The position numbers were made by a program, and so were the translations under genes. Positions 50,532 through 60,383 of a DNA stretch of 62,164 nt are shown piece after piece. Numbering within the stretch: position 1 is the first letter of the stretch; each line of letters starts with the position of its first letter. The notes beneath the pieces were generated by a model. The model had not been told where the DNA came from. It worked only from the letters and a program-made list of their open reading frames with translations, and did no database searches. Origin of the DNA: Capsulimonadales bacterium (GTDB taxonomy: Bacteria > Armatimonadota > Armatimonadia > Armatimonadales > Armatimonadaceae); assembly GCA_033762295.1 (NCBI GenBank), contig JANRLW010000125.1:1-62164 (forward strand). Reading direction: 5' to 3'.

Positions 50532-51596
50532 TCAGAAGCGGTATTCGTCGACGTTGTCCTTTCGGAAAACGAGCGGCGGACCGGCGATGACGACGCCGTT
50601 CTTTCCGAAGGCGCGTTCGCCACGCTTCCCCGCCTGGAATTTGACGCCCTCCTCCGCCTTCAGTTCGCCTTTGGCCAGCCCGACCGCCGCATAGGCCGCA
50701 ATATAGCCCATGTCGGGCGGGCTCCAGAGCGCGACCGCCGGAACGATACCGTCCTTCAAGTAGCGGCGCATGGTGTTCGGCGTGCCCAGACCGGTGACGA
50801 CCACCCGGTCGGCGACCTTGCGCGACTCGACCACCTTCGCGGCCGCCGCGACCCCGACCGAGGTCGGAGCCAGGATACCCCGCAGGTCCGGGTGCTTCGT
50901 CAGCAAACCTTCCGCCTCGGTGACGCTCTTCTGATCCCGGTCATCGCCGTAGACGACGCCCACCAGGGTCATTTTCGCGTACTTCGGGTCCTTCAACGCC
51001 TCCTTCATTCCCGCGATCCAGTGGTTTTGATTCGGCGCGTCGGTGGTTGCGGAAAGAATGGCGAACTTGCCGGAGTAGTTCATCAGCGAACCGATCAGTT
51101 CGATCTGGTTCGCTCCGAGCGTATCGAAATCGGTCGGCAGGATCGCCCCGTCGCGATGGGACTCGTTCTTCTCGAAATCCGCATCGACGGCGAGCACCTT
51201 GACACCCTTCGCCCGGGCGTCGTCCAGCACCGAGTTCAGGGCGTCGGGGCTGTTCGGCGTGATACAGAGGACATTCGCCCCGCGCTGAATCTCATCCTTA
51301 ATAAAGGAGATCTGCCCGGTCGGATCGGGTTGCGCGGGCGCGGTCGTGCTGAACTCGATCGGCAGTTCTCGGGCCGCCTCCTCAAATCCGGACACGACTC
51401 CGTCGAAGTACGGATTTCCGGTGTTCTTCGGAATATACACGACCCGGATCTTTTTCCCGGCTTCCGTCGCCACCGGGGACGCTCCCGCCGACGGGACGCT
51501 CGCCCCCGGCGTCGACGTCGGTTCGTCCGGTTTACATCCGGCCAGCAGGGTCGAGATGGTCCCGACCATCAGAAAAAAGGATCGCCGATCCAACAT
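50532..51596 (-). CDS. rhaS: Rhamnose ABC transporter substrate-binding lipoprotein
   Basis: Lipobox LAGC; IPKNTGNPYF, AILSATTDAPNQN.WI, VYGDD, TGLGTP. Start MLDRRS at 51596. The symbol follows transporter nomenclature, not the E. coli regulator. Confidence 0.88.
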   Translation of the reverse strand: MLDRRSFFLMVGTISTLLAGCKPDEPTSTPGASVPSAGASPVATEAGKKIRVVYIPKNTGNPYFDGVVSGFEEAARELPIEFSTTAPAQPDPTGQISFIKDEIQRGANVLCITPNSPDALNSVLDDARAKGVKVLAVDADFEKNESHRDGAILPTDFDTLGANQIELIGSLMNYSGKFAILSATTDAPNQNHWIAGMKEALKDPKYAKMTLVGVVYGDDRDQKSVTEAEGLLTKHPDLRGILAPTSVGVAAAAKVVESRKVADRVVVTGLGTPNTMRRYLKDGIVPAVALWSPPDMGYIAAYAAVGLAKGELKAEEGVKFQAGKRGERAFGKNGVVIAGPPLVFRKDNVDEYRF

Positions 51597-51625
51597 ACCG
51601 TTGTCCTCCTCGAAGGGGTGACCGC

Positions 51626-52582
51626 CTATCGTCCCCGCTCCGTCACTTTCGCCAGAAAAATCGCCAGCAACAGCAGAAAACCGATGGCGGTCACCTGGAT
51701 TTCCGCCTTCACCCCGGCGACGCCCATGCCCGTCTGCACGATGGCGATCAGCAGGAACGCGGCGATCGAGCCGTAGATCGTCCCGCGTCCTCCGAAGATG
51801 CTCGTTCCGCCCAGAACCACCGCCGTGATGACATCGAGTTCCCAGCCACGCGCATGGTCGTACCGGGCCACCCCGAGACGGGACAGCAACAGCAGCGAGC
51901 AAAGGCCGGCCATCGCGCCGGACAGTACGAAGAGCCGGATCATGGTTCGCGCCACCGGGACGCCGGAATACCGGGCCGCCTCCGGATTCACCCCGATAAC
52001 GGTAACATACCGTCCGAACACGGTCCGGTGCAACAGCAGGTAGGCGGCGACGGTCGCGACGATCAGCAACAGCAGGGGAGCGTGCAGATAGGACTTCGGC
52101 AGCGTGACGCGCTCGATCCCGACCATCTCCGGAGGCATCATCACCGACCGATCGCCGAGGAGAATCTGGGCGATTCCTCGAAACAGCGCCATCGTCGCCA
52201 GCGTCACGACCAGCGACGGAAGCCCCCGCCGCGCGACCAGATAGCCGTTTACGCTTCCGAGCAGCCCGCCGAAGATCGGCCCGAACGGCAGCAGGACCGT
52301 CATGGGAACGCCGAACCGGACGTGGAGCGTGGCGAGCAGCGCGCCGACCAGGGCGAGGATCGAAGTCACCGACAGGTCGATCTGCCCGGCCAGAATGACC
52401 AGCGTCATGGTCAGGGTCAGAAGGCCGGTCTCCATATGGAGCGTCGAACGGTCGAACAGGTAGGCGGCATCCCAGAAACGGGGTTCGCGCCACCCGCTCA
52501 ACAGCAGCGCGACCGCCAGCAGACCGGTGACGGTAAGTTCGGGCAGATAACGGGCCGACGCCCGCCGCCATCTCTCCCCCAT
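51626..52582 (-). CDS. Sugar (rhamnose) ABC transporter permease
   Basis: GQIDLSV, VTLATMALFRG, FGRY...G.NPEAARYSG, ELDVITAVVLGG.SIFGG.G. Confidence 0.93.
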   Translation of the reverse strand: MGERWRRASARYLPELTVTGLLAVALLLSGWREPRFWDAAYLFDRSTLHMETGLLTLTMTLVILAGQIDLSVTSILALVGALLATLHVRFGVPMTVLLPFGPIFGGLLGSVNGYLVARRGLPSLVVTLATMALFRGIAQILLGDRSVMMPPEMVGIERVTLPKSYLHAPLLLLIVATVAAYLLLHRTVFGRYVTVIGVNPEAARYSGVPVARTMIRLFVLSGAMAGLCSLLLLSRLGVARYDHARGWELDVITAVVLGGTSIFGGRGTIYGSIAAFLLIAIVQTGMGVAGVKAEIQVTAIGFLLLLAIFLAKVTERGR

Positions 52583-52585
52583 TAT

Positions 52586-53560
52586 TTATCCCCTCTCCTC
52601 CCTTTCCAGCCGACGACGCATGGCATCGTCCGCCAGGAGTGCGGCAAGGAGGACCGCGCCATAGACGGCCGACTGCCAGGTTTCGGCGATGTTCAGGACC
52701 GCCAGAGCGACGCTGATCGTTCCGAGCAACAGCGAGCCGAGCAGAACGCCCGCGACCGTCCCCGAACCGCCGAAGATGCTGACGCCCCCGATCACGGTGG
52801 CGGAGATAACGAGCAGCTCGAACCCGTTGCCGATGCTCGCCGGGTTGACCGTTCCGAAACGTGATGCGTAGAGCAGGCCGGCCAGTCCCGATCCCACCCC
52901 GCTGAAGACATAGGCGAGGAAGACCCGCGGTCGAACGGCAACGCCCCGATCCGCCGCTCCGTCCGGGTCTCCGCCGATCGCATACCAGTCCCGACCGGTC
53001 CGGCTGTCGGTCAGAAACCGTTGCATCGCGACCGCCGCCAGCAGGGCGATCCAGACGACGTAAGGGACGATATCCGCCCCGAACGGCCCGTCCGAGGACC
53101 ACCCGGCCAGGGCGCGTGGTAACTGATAGTCATCGACCTGCTTTCCCCCGCTGACCAGAAACGTCGCCCCCCGATAGATCCCGAGAGTGGCCAGCGTGGC
53201 GACGATCGGCGGGATACCGACCCCGGCAACCAGCCCGCCGTTGATCGCCCCGAGACCGCCGCCCGCCGCCATCGCGAACAGGGCGGCGACCGGAACCGGT
53301 ATCTCCGGGTGGTCGCGCAGCAGCATCGCCGTCATCATTCCCGACAATCCGAGCATCGACCCGACCGAAACATCGATCCCACGGGTCAGAATCACGGTCA
53401 TCTCTCCCAGGGCGACGATCACCAGGAGCGGCAGCCAGAGCAGGATGCTCCGCAGGTTTTCCGGGGAGAGAAAGCGCGGTTGTGCGATACTGACCGCGAC
53501 CACCAGCAGGAGAAGGATACCGGCAAGCGGCGTCTCCCGTCGCCATCGAAATCCGTTCAT
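52586..53560 (-). CDS. Sugar (rhamnose) ABC transporter permease
   Basis: GIDVSVG, ATLATLGIYRG, GRDWYAIGG, FELLVISATVIGGVSIFGGSG. Confidence 0.93.
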   Translation of the reverse strand: MNGFRWRRETPLAGILLLLVVAVSIAQPRFLSPENLRSILLWLPLLVIVALGEMTVILTRGIDVSVGSMLGLSGMMTAMLLRDHPEIPVPVAALFAMAAGGGLGAINGGLVAGVGIPPIVATLATLGIYRGATFLVSGGKQVDDYQLPRALAGWSSDGPFGADIVPYVVWIALLAAVAMQRFLTDSRTGRDWYAIGGDPDGAADRGVAVRPRVFLAYVFSGVGSGLAGLLYASRFGTVNPASIGNGFELLVISATVIGGVSIFGGSGTVAGVLLGSLLLGTISVALAVLNIAETWQSAVYGAVLLAALLADDAMRRRLEREERG

Positions 53561-55071
53561 CGGACCGTCGCCTCCGTCGTCACTCCCGCTGCGGCGATCA
53601 CGGCTTCCGGGGTCGCCTCCCCGGCGGCAAACTCCCGCACCAGTCGGCCCGCGCGCAGGACCAGCACCCGGTCACTGAGCGCCAGCACCTCGGGCAGGTC
53701 GGAGGAGATCAGCAGGGTCGCCACCCCCTGATCGGCGAGTTCGGCGATCCACCGATGCACTTCCGTCTTGGCATTCACATCGATCCCGCGGGTCGGTTCG
53801 TCCAGCAGCAGGATACGCGGACCGGTCTCCAGCCATTTGGCAAGAACGATCTTCTGCTGGTTGCCCCCGGACAGTTGCCGAAGCGGCTGTTCGATCTCAC
53901 GGCAGCGCACTCCCAGCCGCCGTACCCACTCCGTCGTTCGCGACCGGGCGTCGTCCTCGCGCAGCCACCCGCGCCCGGAGAGCCTCGGCAGAGACGAGAG
54001 GGTCACGTTTTCCCGGAGCGACAGCGGCAGAAACGCGCCCTGTCGCTGGCGGTCCTCCGGGACAAGGGCCATGCCGTGCCGCATCGCATCCTCCGGCGAA
54101 CGGATCTCCACCGGTCGACCGTCGATCCGCACCTCGCCCGACGTCGGGCGGGACAGTCCGAACAGGGCGCAGGCGATCTCGGTTCGCCCGGCCCCGACCA
54201 GTCCCGCCAGTCCGACGATCTCCCCTTTGCGGATCGAGAACGAGATATCACGGAATCGGGGCGGTTGCGACCACCCCACGACCTCAAGGATGGGCGGGCC
54301 GTCGGCGACCTTTTTCCGCGTCACGGCTTCCCCCATCGCGCGCCCGACCATCAGGCGCAACAGTTCGTCCGGCGTCGTTTCGCGGACCCGTCGTTCGCCG
54401 ACGATCCGTCCGTCGCGCAGCACGGTCGCCCGGTCGCACAGGTCGAAAATCTCCTCCATCCGATGCCCGATGAAGACGAGCGCCTTGCCCTCGGAGCGCA
54501 GGCGGCGCAGAATCTCCCCGAGCCGCCCGACCTCACCGGGGGTCAGGGAGGCGGTCGTTTCATCCAGCAGAAGGATACGGGCATCGAGCGATAACGCGCC
54601 GGCCAGTTCGAGCATCTGCCGATCCGCGACCGAAAGGCCGCGGGCCGGGCGTCGCGGATCGATCTCGACACCGAGGGTACGCAGGAGTTCCTCCGCTCGC
54701 CCGTACAGCGTTTTCCAGTCCACCCGTCCGCCGCGCATCGGCAGACGTCCGACGAAGATATTCTCGGCGGCGGACAGGTCGGGAAACGTTCGTGGCTCCT
54801 GCGGAATCAGCCCGATTCCGAGCGAGGCGGCCTCGCGCGGGTTACGGATCGTCACCGGACGGCCATCCCGTTCGATCCGTCCGGCGGTCGGTCGATGGAT
54901 GCCGCCGATCAGTTTGGCCAGGGTCGACTTTCCCGCGCCGTTCTCGCCCAGGAAGGCATGGATCTCCCCCGCCCGCAGTTCGACGTCGGCATTCTCCAGC
55001 ACGGTGACGCTTCCGAACGCTTTGGACAGGCCGATCGTCCGCAGGAGGACCGAGCCGTCCGGTTTGCTCAT
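53557..55071 (-). CDS. Sugar ABC transporter ATP-binding protein (tandem domains)
   Basis: GENGAGKST, LLDE, GLVGAGRTE, PEDR, LSGGNQQK, DEPTRGID. Start MSKPDG at 55071. Confidence 0.95.
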   Translation of the reverse strand: MSKPDGSVLLRTIGLSKAFGSVTVLENADVELRAGEIHAFLGENGAGKSTLAKLIGGIHRPTAGRIERDGRPVTIRNPREAASLGIGLIPQEPRTFPDLSAAENIFVGRLPMRGGRVDWKTLYGRAEELLRTLGVEIDPRRPARGLSVADRQMLELAGALSLDARILLLDETTASLTPGEVGRLGEILRRLRSEGKALVFIGHRMEEIFDLCDRATVLRDGRIVGERRVRETTPDELLRLMVGRAMGEAVTRKKVADGPPILEVVGWSQPPRFRDISFSIRKGEIVGLAGLVGAGRTEIACALFGLSRPTSGEVRIDGRPVEIRSPEDAMRHGMALVPEDRQRQGAFLPLSLRENVTLSSLPRLSGRGWLREDDARSRTTEWVRRLGVRCREIEQPLRQLSGGNQQKIVLAKWLETGPRILLLDEPTRGIDVNAKTEVHRWIAELADQGVATLLISSDLPEVLALSDRVLVLRAGRLVREFAAGEATPEAVIAAAGVTTEATVR

Positions 55072-58000
55072 TCCGGTCGCTCCGACACGAACCGGTACCG
55101 CCCGGACTCCAGTTCGACGGTGACCGTATCGTCGCCGACACGGACCGTCCGTATCCCGTCGGCCTCCGTCAGCGGTCGTCCGCTCTCGGTGACGCGCATC
55201 GCTTCCCGGGTCGCTCCTTTTGCGGGCAGGATCACGGTCGCGGTCACATTGGCGGGAACGGACACCTCGACCGTCAACCGGCCATCGTTGTGCCGGGTCC
55301 AGGCGCAGCCGATCGGTCCGCGCAGCGATTGATAGACGCAGTTCACCCGTTTTGGTCCATGCACGGTTCGCGGTCGGACGACCACCCGATTCCAGCCCGG
55401 CCCATCGGTGTCGATCCCGGCGAGGTCCGTATAGATCCATTCGCCGACGCACCCGAGCCAGTAATGATTGAACGAGTTCATTCCGGGGTCCTGGAACCCT
55501 TTTCCGGGGAGCCAGCCGTCCCATCGTTCCCACATCGTCGTCGCGCCGAGTTTGACCTGATAGAGCCAGGACGGGTAGGTTTCGGTCAGCAGGAGCGAGT
55601 TGGCGAGGTCCGCGCGACCGCCTCGCGCCAGAGCCTGGAGCAGTACCGGCGTCCCGATGAACCCGGTGGCGAGATGGTTGCCCCGTTGCGCGATCAGGCG
55701 AACGAGTCGTTCGACGGCGGCGGGCCGCAGTTTCTCCGGCAACAGATCCCAGGAGAGCGCCAGCGCATAGAACGTCTGGCTCTCTTTCCCGGCATCGGAG
55801 ACCTTTCCCTCCGCGTCGACGAACCGTTCCCGGAACGCCTGACGCACCTTCTCGGCGACGGCGCGGTACCGCAGGGCGTCCGCCTGCTCCTCGATCGCCT
55901 CCGCCATGACCGCCATCAGGGTCGCGCAACGATAGTAGTAGGCGGTTCCGTGGATGGCGGACTGCTGCGGTCCGTCGAGCAACAGCCAGTCGCCGTAGGC
56001 GCCCGCCGAGCGGATGCCGTCGGGTGCCACTTTCGCCAGGTGGTCCATGAAACGGTTCAGGCTCGCCCAGTGGTCGCGGATCGCCTGCGTGTCGCCGTAC
56101 ATCTCGTACAGGCGATAGGTGACGATGACCCCGGCATCCTCCCAGGCCGCATTCCCGCCGCTCAGGATGCTCGGGGCGACATCCGGATACCCGCCGTCCG
56201 GTAGTTGACCGTCCGTCACGTCGAAGAGCCACTTGGCGAAGAACGGCGCGGCGAACCGGTGCAGCATCGCCGTCTTGGAGAAAACCTGGGCGTCGCCGGT
56301 CCAGCCCGCGCGTTCGTCCCGCTGCGGACAGTCGGTGGGAACATCCAGGGCGTTGCCACGAAAGCCCCAGTCGATGTTTTTGACCAGGCGGTTGAGCAGC
56401 GGATTATCGCTGTCGAAGGTCAGTGTCGGGGCGATATCCGAGTGAACGACCTTCGCGGCGACGGCGTCCGGCGCGGGCGGGGTATCGAGTCCGGTGACTT
56501 CGACATACCGGAATCCATGGAACGTGAACATCGGCTCCAGGGTTTGCGGTCCGCCCTTCAGGACGAAGGTATCGGTCGCCTTCGCCGACCGCAGGTTGGT
56601 GACATAGAGGGTGCCGTCCGGATTGAGGAACTCCGCGTGGCGCAGGGTCACCGTCCGACCGGACGGCCCGTCGACGGTCAGCCGGACCCATCCGACCAGA
56701 TTCTGACCGAGGTCGTAGACATGGACGCCCGGTTTCGGTTCGGTCCGGGTGCGCGCTCGCAACGTTTCGGTGACCCGCATCGGCTCGTTGATCTGCGGTT
56801 CGACCGCCAACGCCGGATCGGGCTGAACGACCGCCGGCTTCCAACCGGTATCGTCGAAGGCGGCGGTATCCCATCCAGGTATTTCGTTCCGGGTATCGAT
56901 CGCGCAGCCCATCAGCAGGTCGGCGGTCCGGACCGGGCCGGTCCCGGCCTTCCAGAACCGATCGGTCGTCACCACTCGACGGCTGCCGTCCACATACTCG
57001 ATCATCAGGCGGACCCGGAGTTTCGGTTCGCCGCCGTACCAGTGATGAACGCCCGTAAAGGCCAGGTAGCTGGCATACCATCCGTCCCCCAGGATCGCGC
57101 CCAGGGCGTTCGGTCCGGGTTTCAACTGCCGGGTCACGTCGTACGTCCGATAGCGAACACGTTTCCGGAAGTCGGTCCATCCGGGGGCCAGGACATCGTC
57201 GCCGACCTTCCGGCCGTTCAGGGACAGTTCCATCGCGCCCAGAGCGGTCGCGTGCAGAAGGGCGCGCCGGACCGGACGTTCGACGTTGAACGCGCGTCGG
57301 AAGTAGGGCACGGTCCGATCCCAGTTTCGCAGGGCGCGGGCCTGTCCCCAGGGAGCGATACCGTAGGGTCCGATCACCCGGACCGGTTCCCACGGACCGT
57401 CGCGGTTCGTCGCGCTTTCCCAGGTCGCGTCGGTCAGGACGACGCGTTCCCCGGCCTGCGATCGCACGACCAGACGGGCGATCACGCCCGCCGGCCCTGT
57501 CGCGCCGTTCTGCGCCTCGATCAGGATCGTGTTCGTCCCGGCGCGGAGGTCGCGGCGCACATCGATCGCCTGAAACGTCTGCCAGGAGGTTCCGCTGTGC
57601 GGGGTTCCGTTATTGAGGGTAACCGTGTAGCGGTCGTCGGCAGTGACGGCCAGGGTGGCTTCGTGGAGGGCGGCGTCGGCGGGAAACGGGAAGGTCGCGC
57701 GGAAGAAGCGGGTCCCGCCCGGCGGGTTCTCGCCGTCGGCGCGATGCCAGACCCAGTTCGCCCCCTCCGGAGTCGGCGGGGCGGCGACTTCCCGTTCGGC
57801 GGTCGGCTTGCTGATCCAGGCGGCGTTCCAGTCCTCGTTCCGGCGCAGTCCGGTCGTCCAGGTGGCGACCGGACTCCAGGCGGACTCGCGCCCCCGCTCG
57901 TCCCAGACCCGCACCTTCCAGAAGACGGGCTGTTCCGCCGCCCGTTTCGGTCCGCCGTACCGGACATGCAACGTCTCGGAGGAGGCGACCTTCCCGCTGT

Positions 58001-58256
58001 CCCAGAGGTTTCCGACGCCCCGGTTCAGCAGTTCGGGGGCGGATGCCGCCAGGATTCGGTAGGCGGTCTGCTTTCTTCCGCGTCCGTCGCCGGAAACCCG
58101 CCAGAAAAGGCGCGGATGTTCCGTTTCGACATGGAGCGGCGCGGTCTTGTACTCGCAGCGGAGATCCTCCACGGTCAACCCGGCGTACGCCGGGGACGAA
58201 GCGAAGAGCGATACGGTCAGGAGGGAGAGGAGCGAAAGCGTTCGAGATCGGTTCAC
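55068..58256 (-). CDS. Alpha-L-rhamnosidase, glycoside hydrolase family 78
   Basis: LRCEY..P, LWDSGKV, PGWTDF, DLGQN, FTFHGFRY, PTDCPQRDER.GWTGD, GATTMWERW, MNSFNHY. Probable GTG start with signal peptide at 58256. Confidence 0.95.
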   Translation of the reverse strand: MNRSRTLSLLSLLTVSLFASSPAYAGLTVEDLRCEYKTAPLHVETEHPRLFWRVSGDGRGRKQTAYRILAASAPELLNRGVGNLWDSGKVASSETLHVRYGGPKRAAEQPVFWKVRVWDERGRESAWSPVATWTTGLRRNEDWNAAWISKPTAEREVAAPPTPEGANWVWHRADGENPPGGTRFFRATFPFPADAALHEATLAVTADDRYTVTLNNGTPHSGTSWQTFQAIDVRRDLRAGTNTILIEAQNGATGPAGVIARLVVRSQAGERVVLTDATWESATNRDGPWEPVRVIGPYGIAPWGQARALRNWDRTVPYFRRAFNVERPVRRALLHATALGAMELSLNGRKVGDDVLAPGWTDFRKRVRYRTYDVTRQLKPGPNALGAILGDGWYASYLAFTGVHHWYGGEPKLRVRLMIEYVDGSRRVVTTDRFWKAGTGPVRTADLLMGCAIDTRNEIPGWDTAAFDDTGWKPAVVQPDPALAVEPQINEPMRVTETLRARTRTEPKPGVHVYDLGQNLVGWVRLTVDGPSGRTVTLRHAEFLNPDGTLYVTNLRSAKATDTFVLKGGPQTLEPMFTFHGFRYVEVTGLDTPPAPDAVAAKVVHSDIAPTLTFDSDNPLLNRLVKNIDWGFRGNALDVPTDCPQRDERAGWTGDAQVFSKTAMLHRFAAPFFAKWLFDVTDGQLPDGGYPDVAPSILSGGNAAWEDAGVIVTYRLYEMYGDTQAIRDHWASLNRFMDHLAKVAPDGIRSAGAYGDWLLLDGPQQSAIHGTAYYYRCATLMAVMAEAIEEQADALRYRAVAEKVRQAFRERFVDAEGKVSDAGKESQTFYALALSWDLLPEKLRPAAVERLVRLIAQRGNHLATGFIGTPVLLQALARGGRADLANSLLLTETYPSWLYQVKLGATTMWERWDGWLPGKGFQDPGMNSFNHYWLGCVGEWIYTDLAGIDTDGPGWNRVVVRPRTVHGPKRVNCVYQSLRGPIGCAWTRHNDGRLTVEVSVPANVTATVILPAKGATREAMRVTESGRPLTEADGIRTVRVGDDTVTVELESGRYRFVSERPE

Positions 58257-58622
58257 CCCACGGATTTCGCCGGGTTCCCGGGGAAATCCTCCGGAAAGAG
58301 AAAGCAAAAACAAACAAAACAAAGGAAACGTAACCGCAACGACCGGGGAACCTTTCGGAGGCGGATATCGGGATCGTTACTGGCAGGTTTACTTGTTTTC
58401 TACCGAAAAATTGCCGGTAATGTCCGCTAAATAGCGGCATTTTCTGGCATATAGACAAATATTAGTGTAGTATTCTCATGCACTCCTGCCTTCATCCGAC
58501 ATTTTATTCCTCCGTGTTCCGTTGGCGGACTTTCGAGGGGGCGGGAAAGATGCGTTTCGTCGTGCATCCGTTCTACCAATGGAAAGGCAGGATCGGAGAC
58601 ACACCGGTCCGGGTAACGACTG

Positions 58623-60080
58623 ATGTCCCTAGATGCATTTACGAAACCTCCGGAGCGTTCCCGGTTCTCCGGGCGATCGCTGCTTTGGATCGCGTTGATC
58701 GTTCTCTGGGCGCTTTATGGCGTCGCCACTCTGCGGATGCATTTTCGTCCGTCCTTGCTTGCGTTTCCGCTCGCGATCATCGCCCTCCTGGTCGGCCGTT
58801 TCCATGCGAAGCGGCAGGGGCCGCCGTCGTATCCGGCCTGGTTCGTCGGGTTCGGCCTGCTGGCGGCGATTCCGGTAGGTTTGCTACTGACGCTGTCGAT
58901 CCGAATGGATTACATTCTGGATTACGAAGTCTTCCTGCAACTGGCAAAGAGCATTTATACGACCGGGAAGTATGAGGACTGGTACGGGACGGTGGCCTGG
59001 CGTCCGCCCGGTACGGCGCTCTGCTACGGCCTGCCGATGCGGCTCGGGTTGTCTCCGCAGCTGTCGGTCTGGCTGGTCAACTCCCTTCTCTTCGTCGCGG
59101 TTTTCGGATTTATCCGGGCGTGTCATCGGGTCTTTCCGGTGCGAAGTCACCTGTTCGGGATCGTTCCCGGCGCGCTGGTCCTCTGTCTGGCGACGCTTCC
59201 CTTCCTTCTGCTGCCGATCTCGCATCTGCCGTCGATCGCGACCATGATCGGCGTGCTCTGGCTGATTCCGACCTCGGCGGAGCTGCTGCGCCGGACCCCG
59301 CCGGTCCGATGGCTGGCGGCGGGCATCCTGATCGGACTCAGCACCCTGTTCCGCGCCAACCTGATCCTGCAATTTCCGGTGATCTGTGTCGCCCTGCTGA
59401 CCGCTCTGGGACCCCGTCCGTCGCTCGCCGTCGGTCGTCGGTTTCTGCTGGCAGCGGTCGCCTGTCTGGCGGGCGTCCTGCTGGCGATCATTCCCTGGTC
59501 GATCCGGAACTACCGTGTGCTGGGCCGCCCGGTCCTGATCTCCACGAACGGTGGCATGGTCTTCTATTCGGCCAACTGGCCCGCCCGCCCGTCCGAGCAG
59601 GGGATGTACCATGAGGAACTGCATAAGGAGATCGTCGCCGAGGTGCCGGACGAAGTGGACCGGGACAGGGTGGCCTGGCGCAAGGGCCTGGAAGCGATCC
59701 GCGCCCGTCCGATGGCTTTCGTGACGTCCTATCTCTACCGTATCCCGCGTCTTCTGGGCGACCCGCTGTTCCCCGTCAAGTACATCGGCTACCATGGCGA
59801 GGGTCCGTCCTACCTGTTGTCCGGTCTGAAACTGGCGGAACGAGCGGTCCTGATCGGGTTCTGGTGTCTGTGGCTGCAGATTCTGGTGTCGGCCGGCGCG
59901 ATCCGGGCGCGAGTACTGGACCCGGAGACGATTCCGTGGCCGCAGGTATCGCTGTTGCTGGTGGTATCGGTCTCTTCGATCTTCGAATGCTCACCGACCT
60001 ACCAGTTATCGTTCCTGCCCTTCGTTCTGGCGACGTGGCTAGGATCGCCCACCGGTTCCGCAAAAAACCGCGAACCCTGA
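58623..60080 (+). CDS. GT-C (ArnT/PMT-like) polytopic membrane glycosyltransferase
   Basis: Many TM helices; DYEVF..LAKSI..G, WRPPG, LFRAN, PWSIRNY..STNGG. Confidence 0.75.
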   Translation: MSLDAFTKPPERSRFSGRSLLWIALIVLWALYGVATLRMHFRPSLLAFPLAIIALLVGRFHAKRQGPPSYPAWFVGFGLLAAIPVGLLLTLSIRMDYILDYEVFLQLAKSIYTTGKYEDWYGTVAWRPPGTALCYGLPMRLGLSPQLSVWLVNSLLFVAVFGFIRACHRVFPVRSHLFGIVPGALVLCLATLPFLLLPISHLPSIATMIGVLWLIPTSAELLRRTPPVRWLAAGILIGLSTLFRANLILQFPVICVALLTALGPRPSLAVGRRFLLAAVACLAGVLLAIIPWSIRNYRVLGRPVLISTNGGMVFYSANWPARPSEQGMYHEELHKEIVAEVPDEVDRDRVAWRKGLEAIRARPMAFVTSYLYRIPRLLGDPLFPVKYIGYHGEGPSYLLSGLKLAERAVLIGFWCLWLQILVSAGAIRARVLDPETIPWPQVSLLLVVSVSSIFECSPTYQLSFLPFVLATWLGSPTGSAKNREP

Positions 60081-60144
60081 GCGTGAAAACTTCGTCCTGT
60101 TCTCAATCCGTCCATGACCGGGACTGATAAAAGCACACATACCC

Positions 60145-60175
60145 AACGCCTCCGAACTTCGGGGGCGTTTTTTTT
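60145..60175 (+). terminator. Intrinsic terminator 1
   Basis: AACGCCTCCGAAcTTCGGGGGCG followed by T8. Confidence 0.85.
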
Positions 60176-60228
60176 CGCCTGCGGCTTGATTTCACGATTT
60201 TTTAATGTTCGCCGGCTATACTTTCGGC

Positions 60229-60295
60229 GTGTGATCTCCTTTTCTCTCCACTCACTGTGGTAAGCCTCCGGGTACGTGCCGGGGGCTTTTCTTTT
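60229..60295 (+). ncRNA. Candidate ~65-nt sRNA with CU-rich (anti-SD-like) segment and own terminator
   Basis: TATACT at 60217-22 just after terminator 1, then GAUCUCCUUUUCUCUCC, then a second terminator; no ORF between the two terminators. Confidence 0.45.
60262..60295 (+). terminator. Intrinsic terminator 2
   Basis: AAGCCTCCGG-gtacgtg-CCGGGGGCTT followed by TTCTTTT. Confidence 0.8.
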
Positions 60296-60383
60296 GGTCG
60301 GGTTGTCCACTTTCCGGCCCGTTTTCGAAAATGGTATCCTTAGCGGTCAGACATACGGATCGTCCGCTCAAAGGAGAAAAACC

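Noticed and set aside
51597..56232. Apparent 856-aa and 891-aa fusion ORFs in the ABC operon
   Set aside because: The extensions are off-frame read-through across neighbouring genes; real starts are 51596 and 55071.
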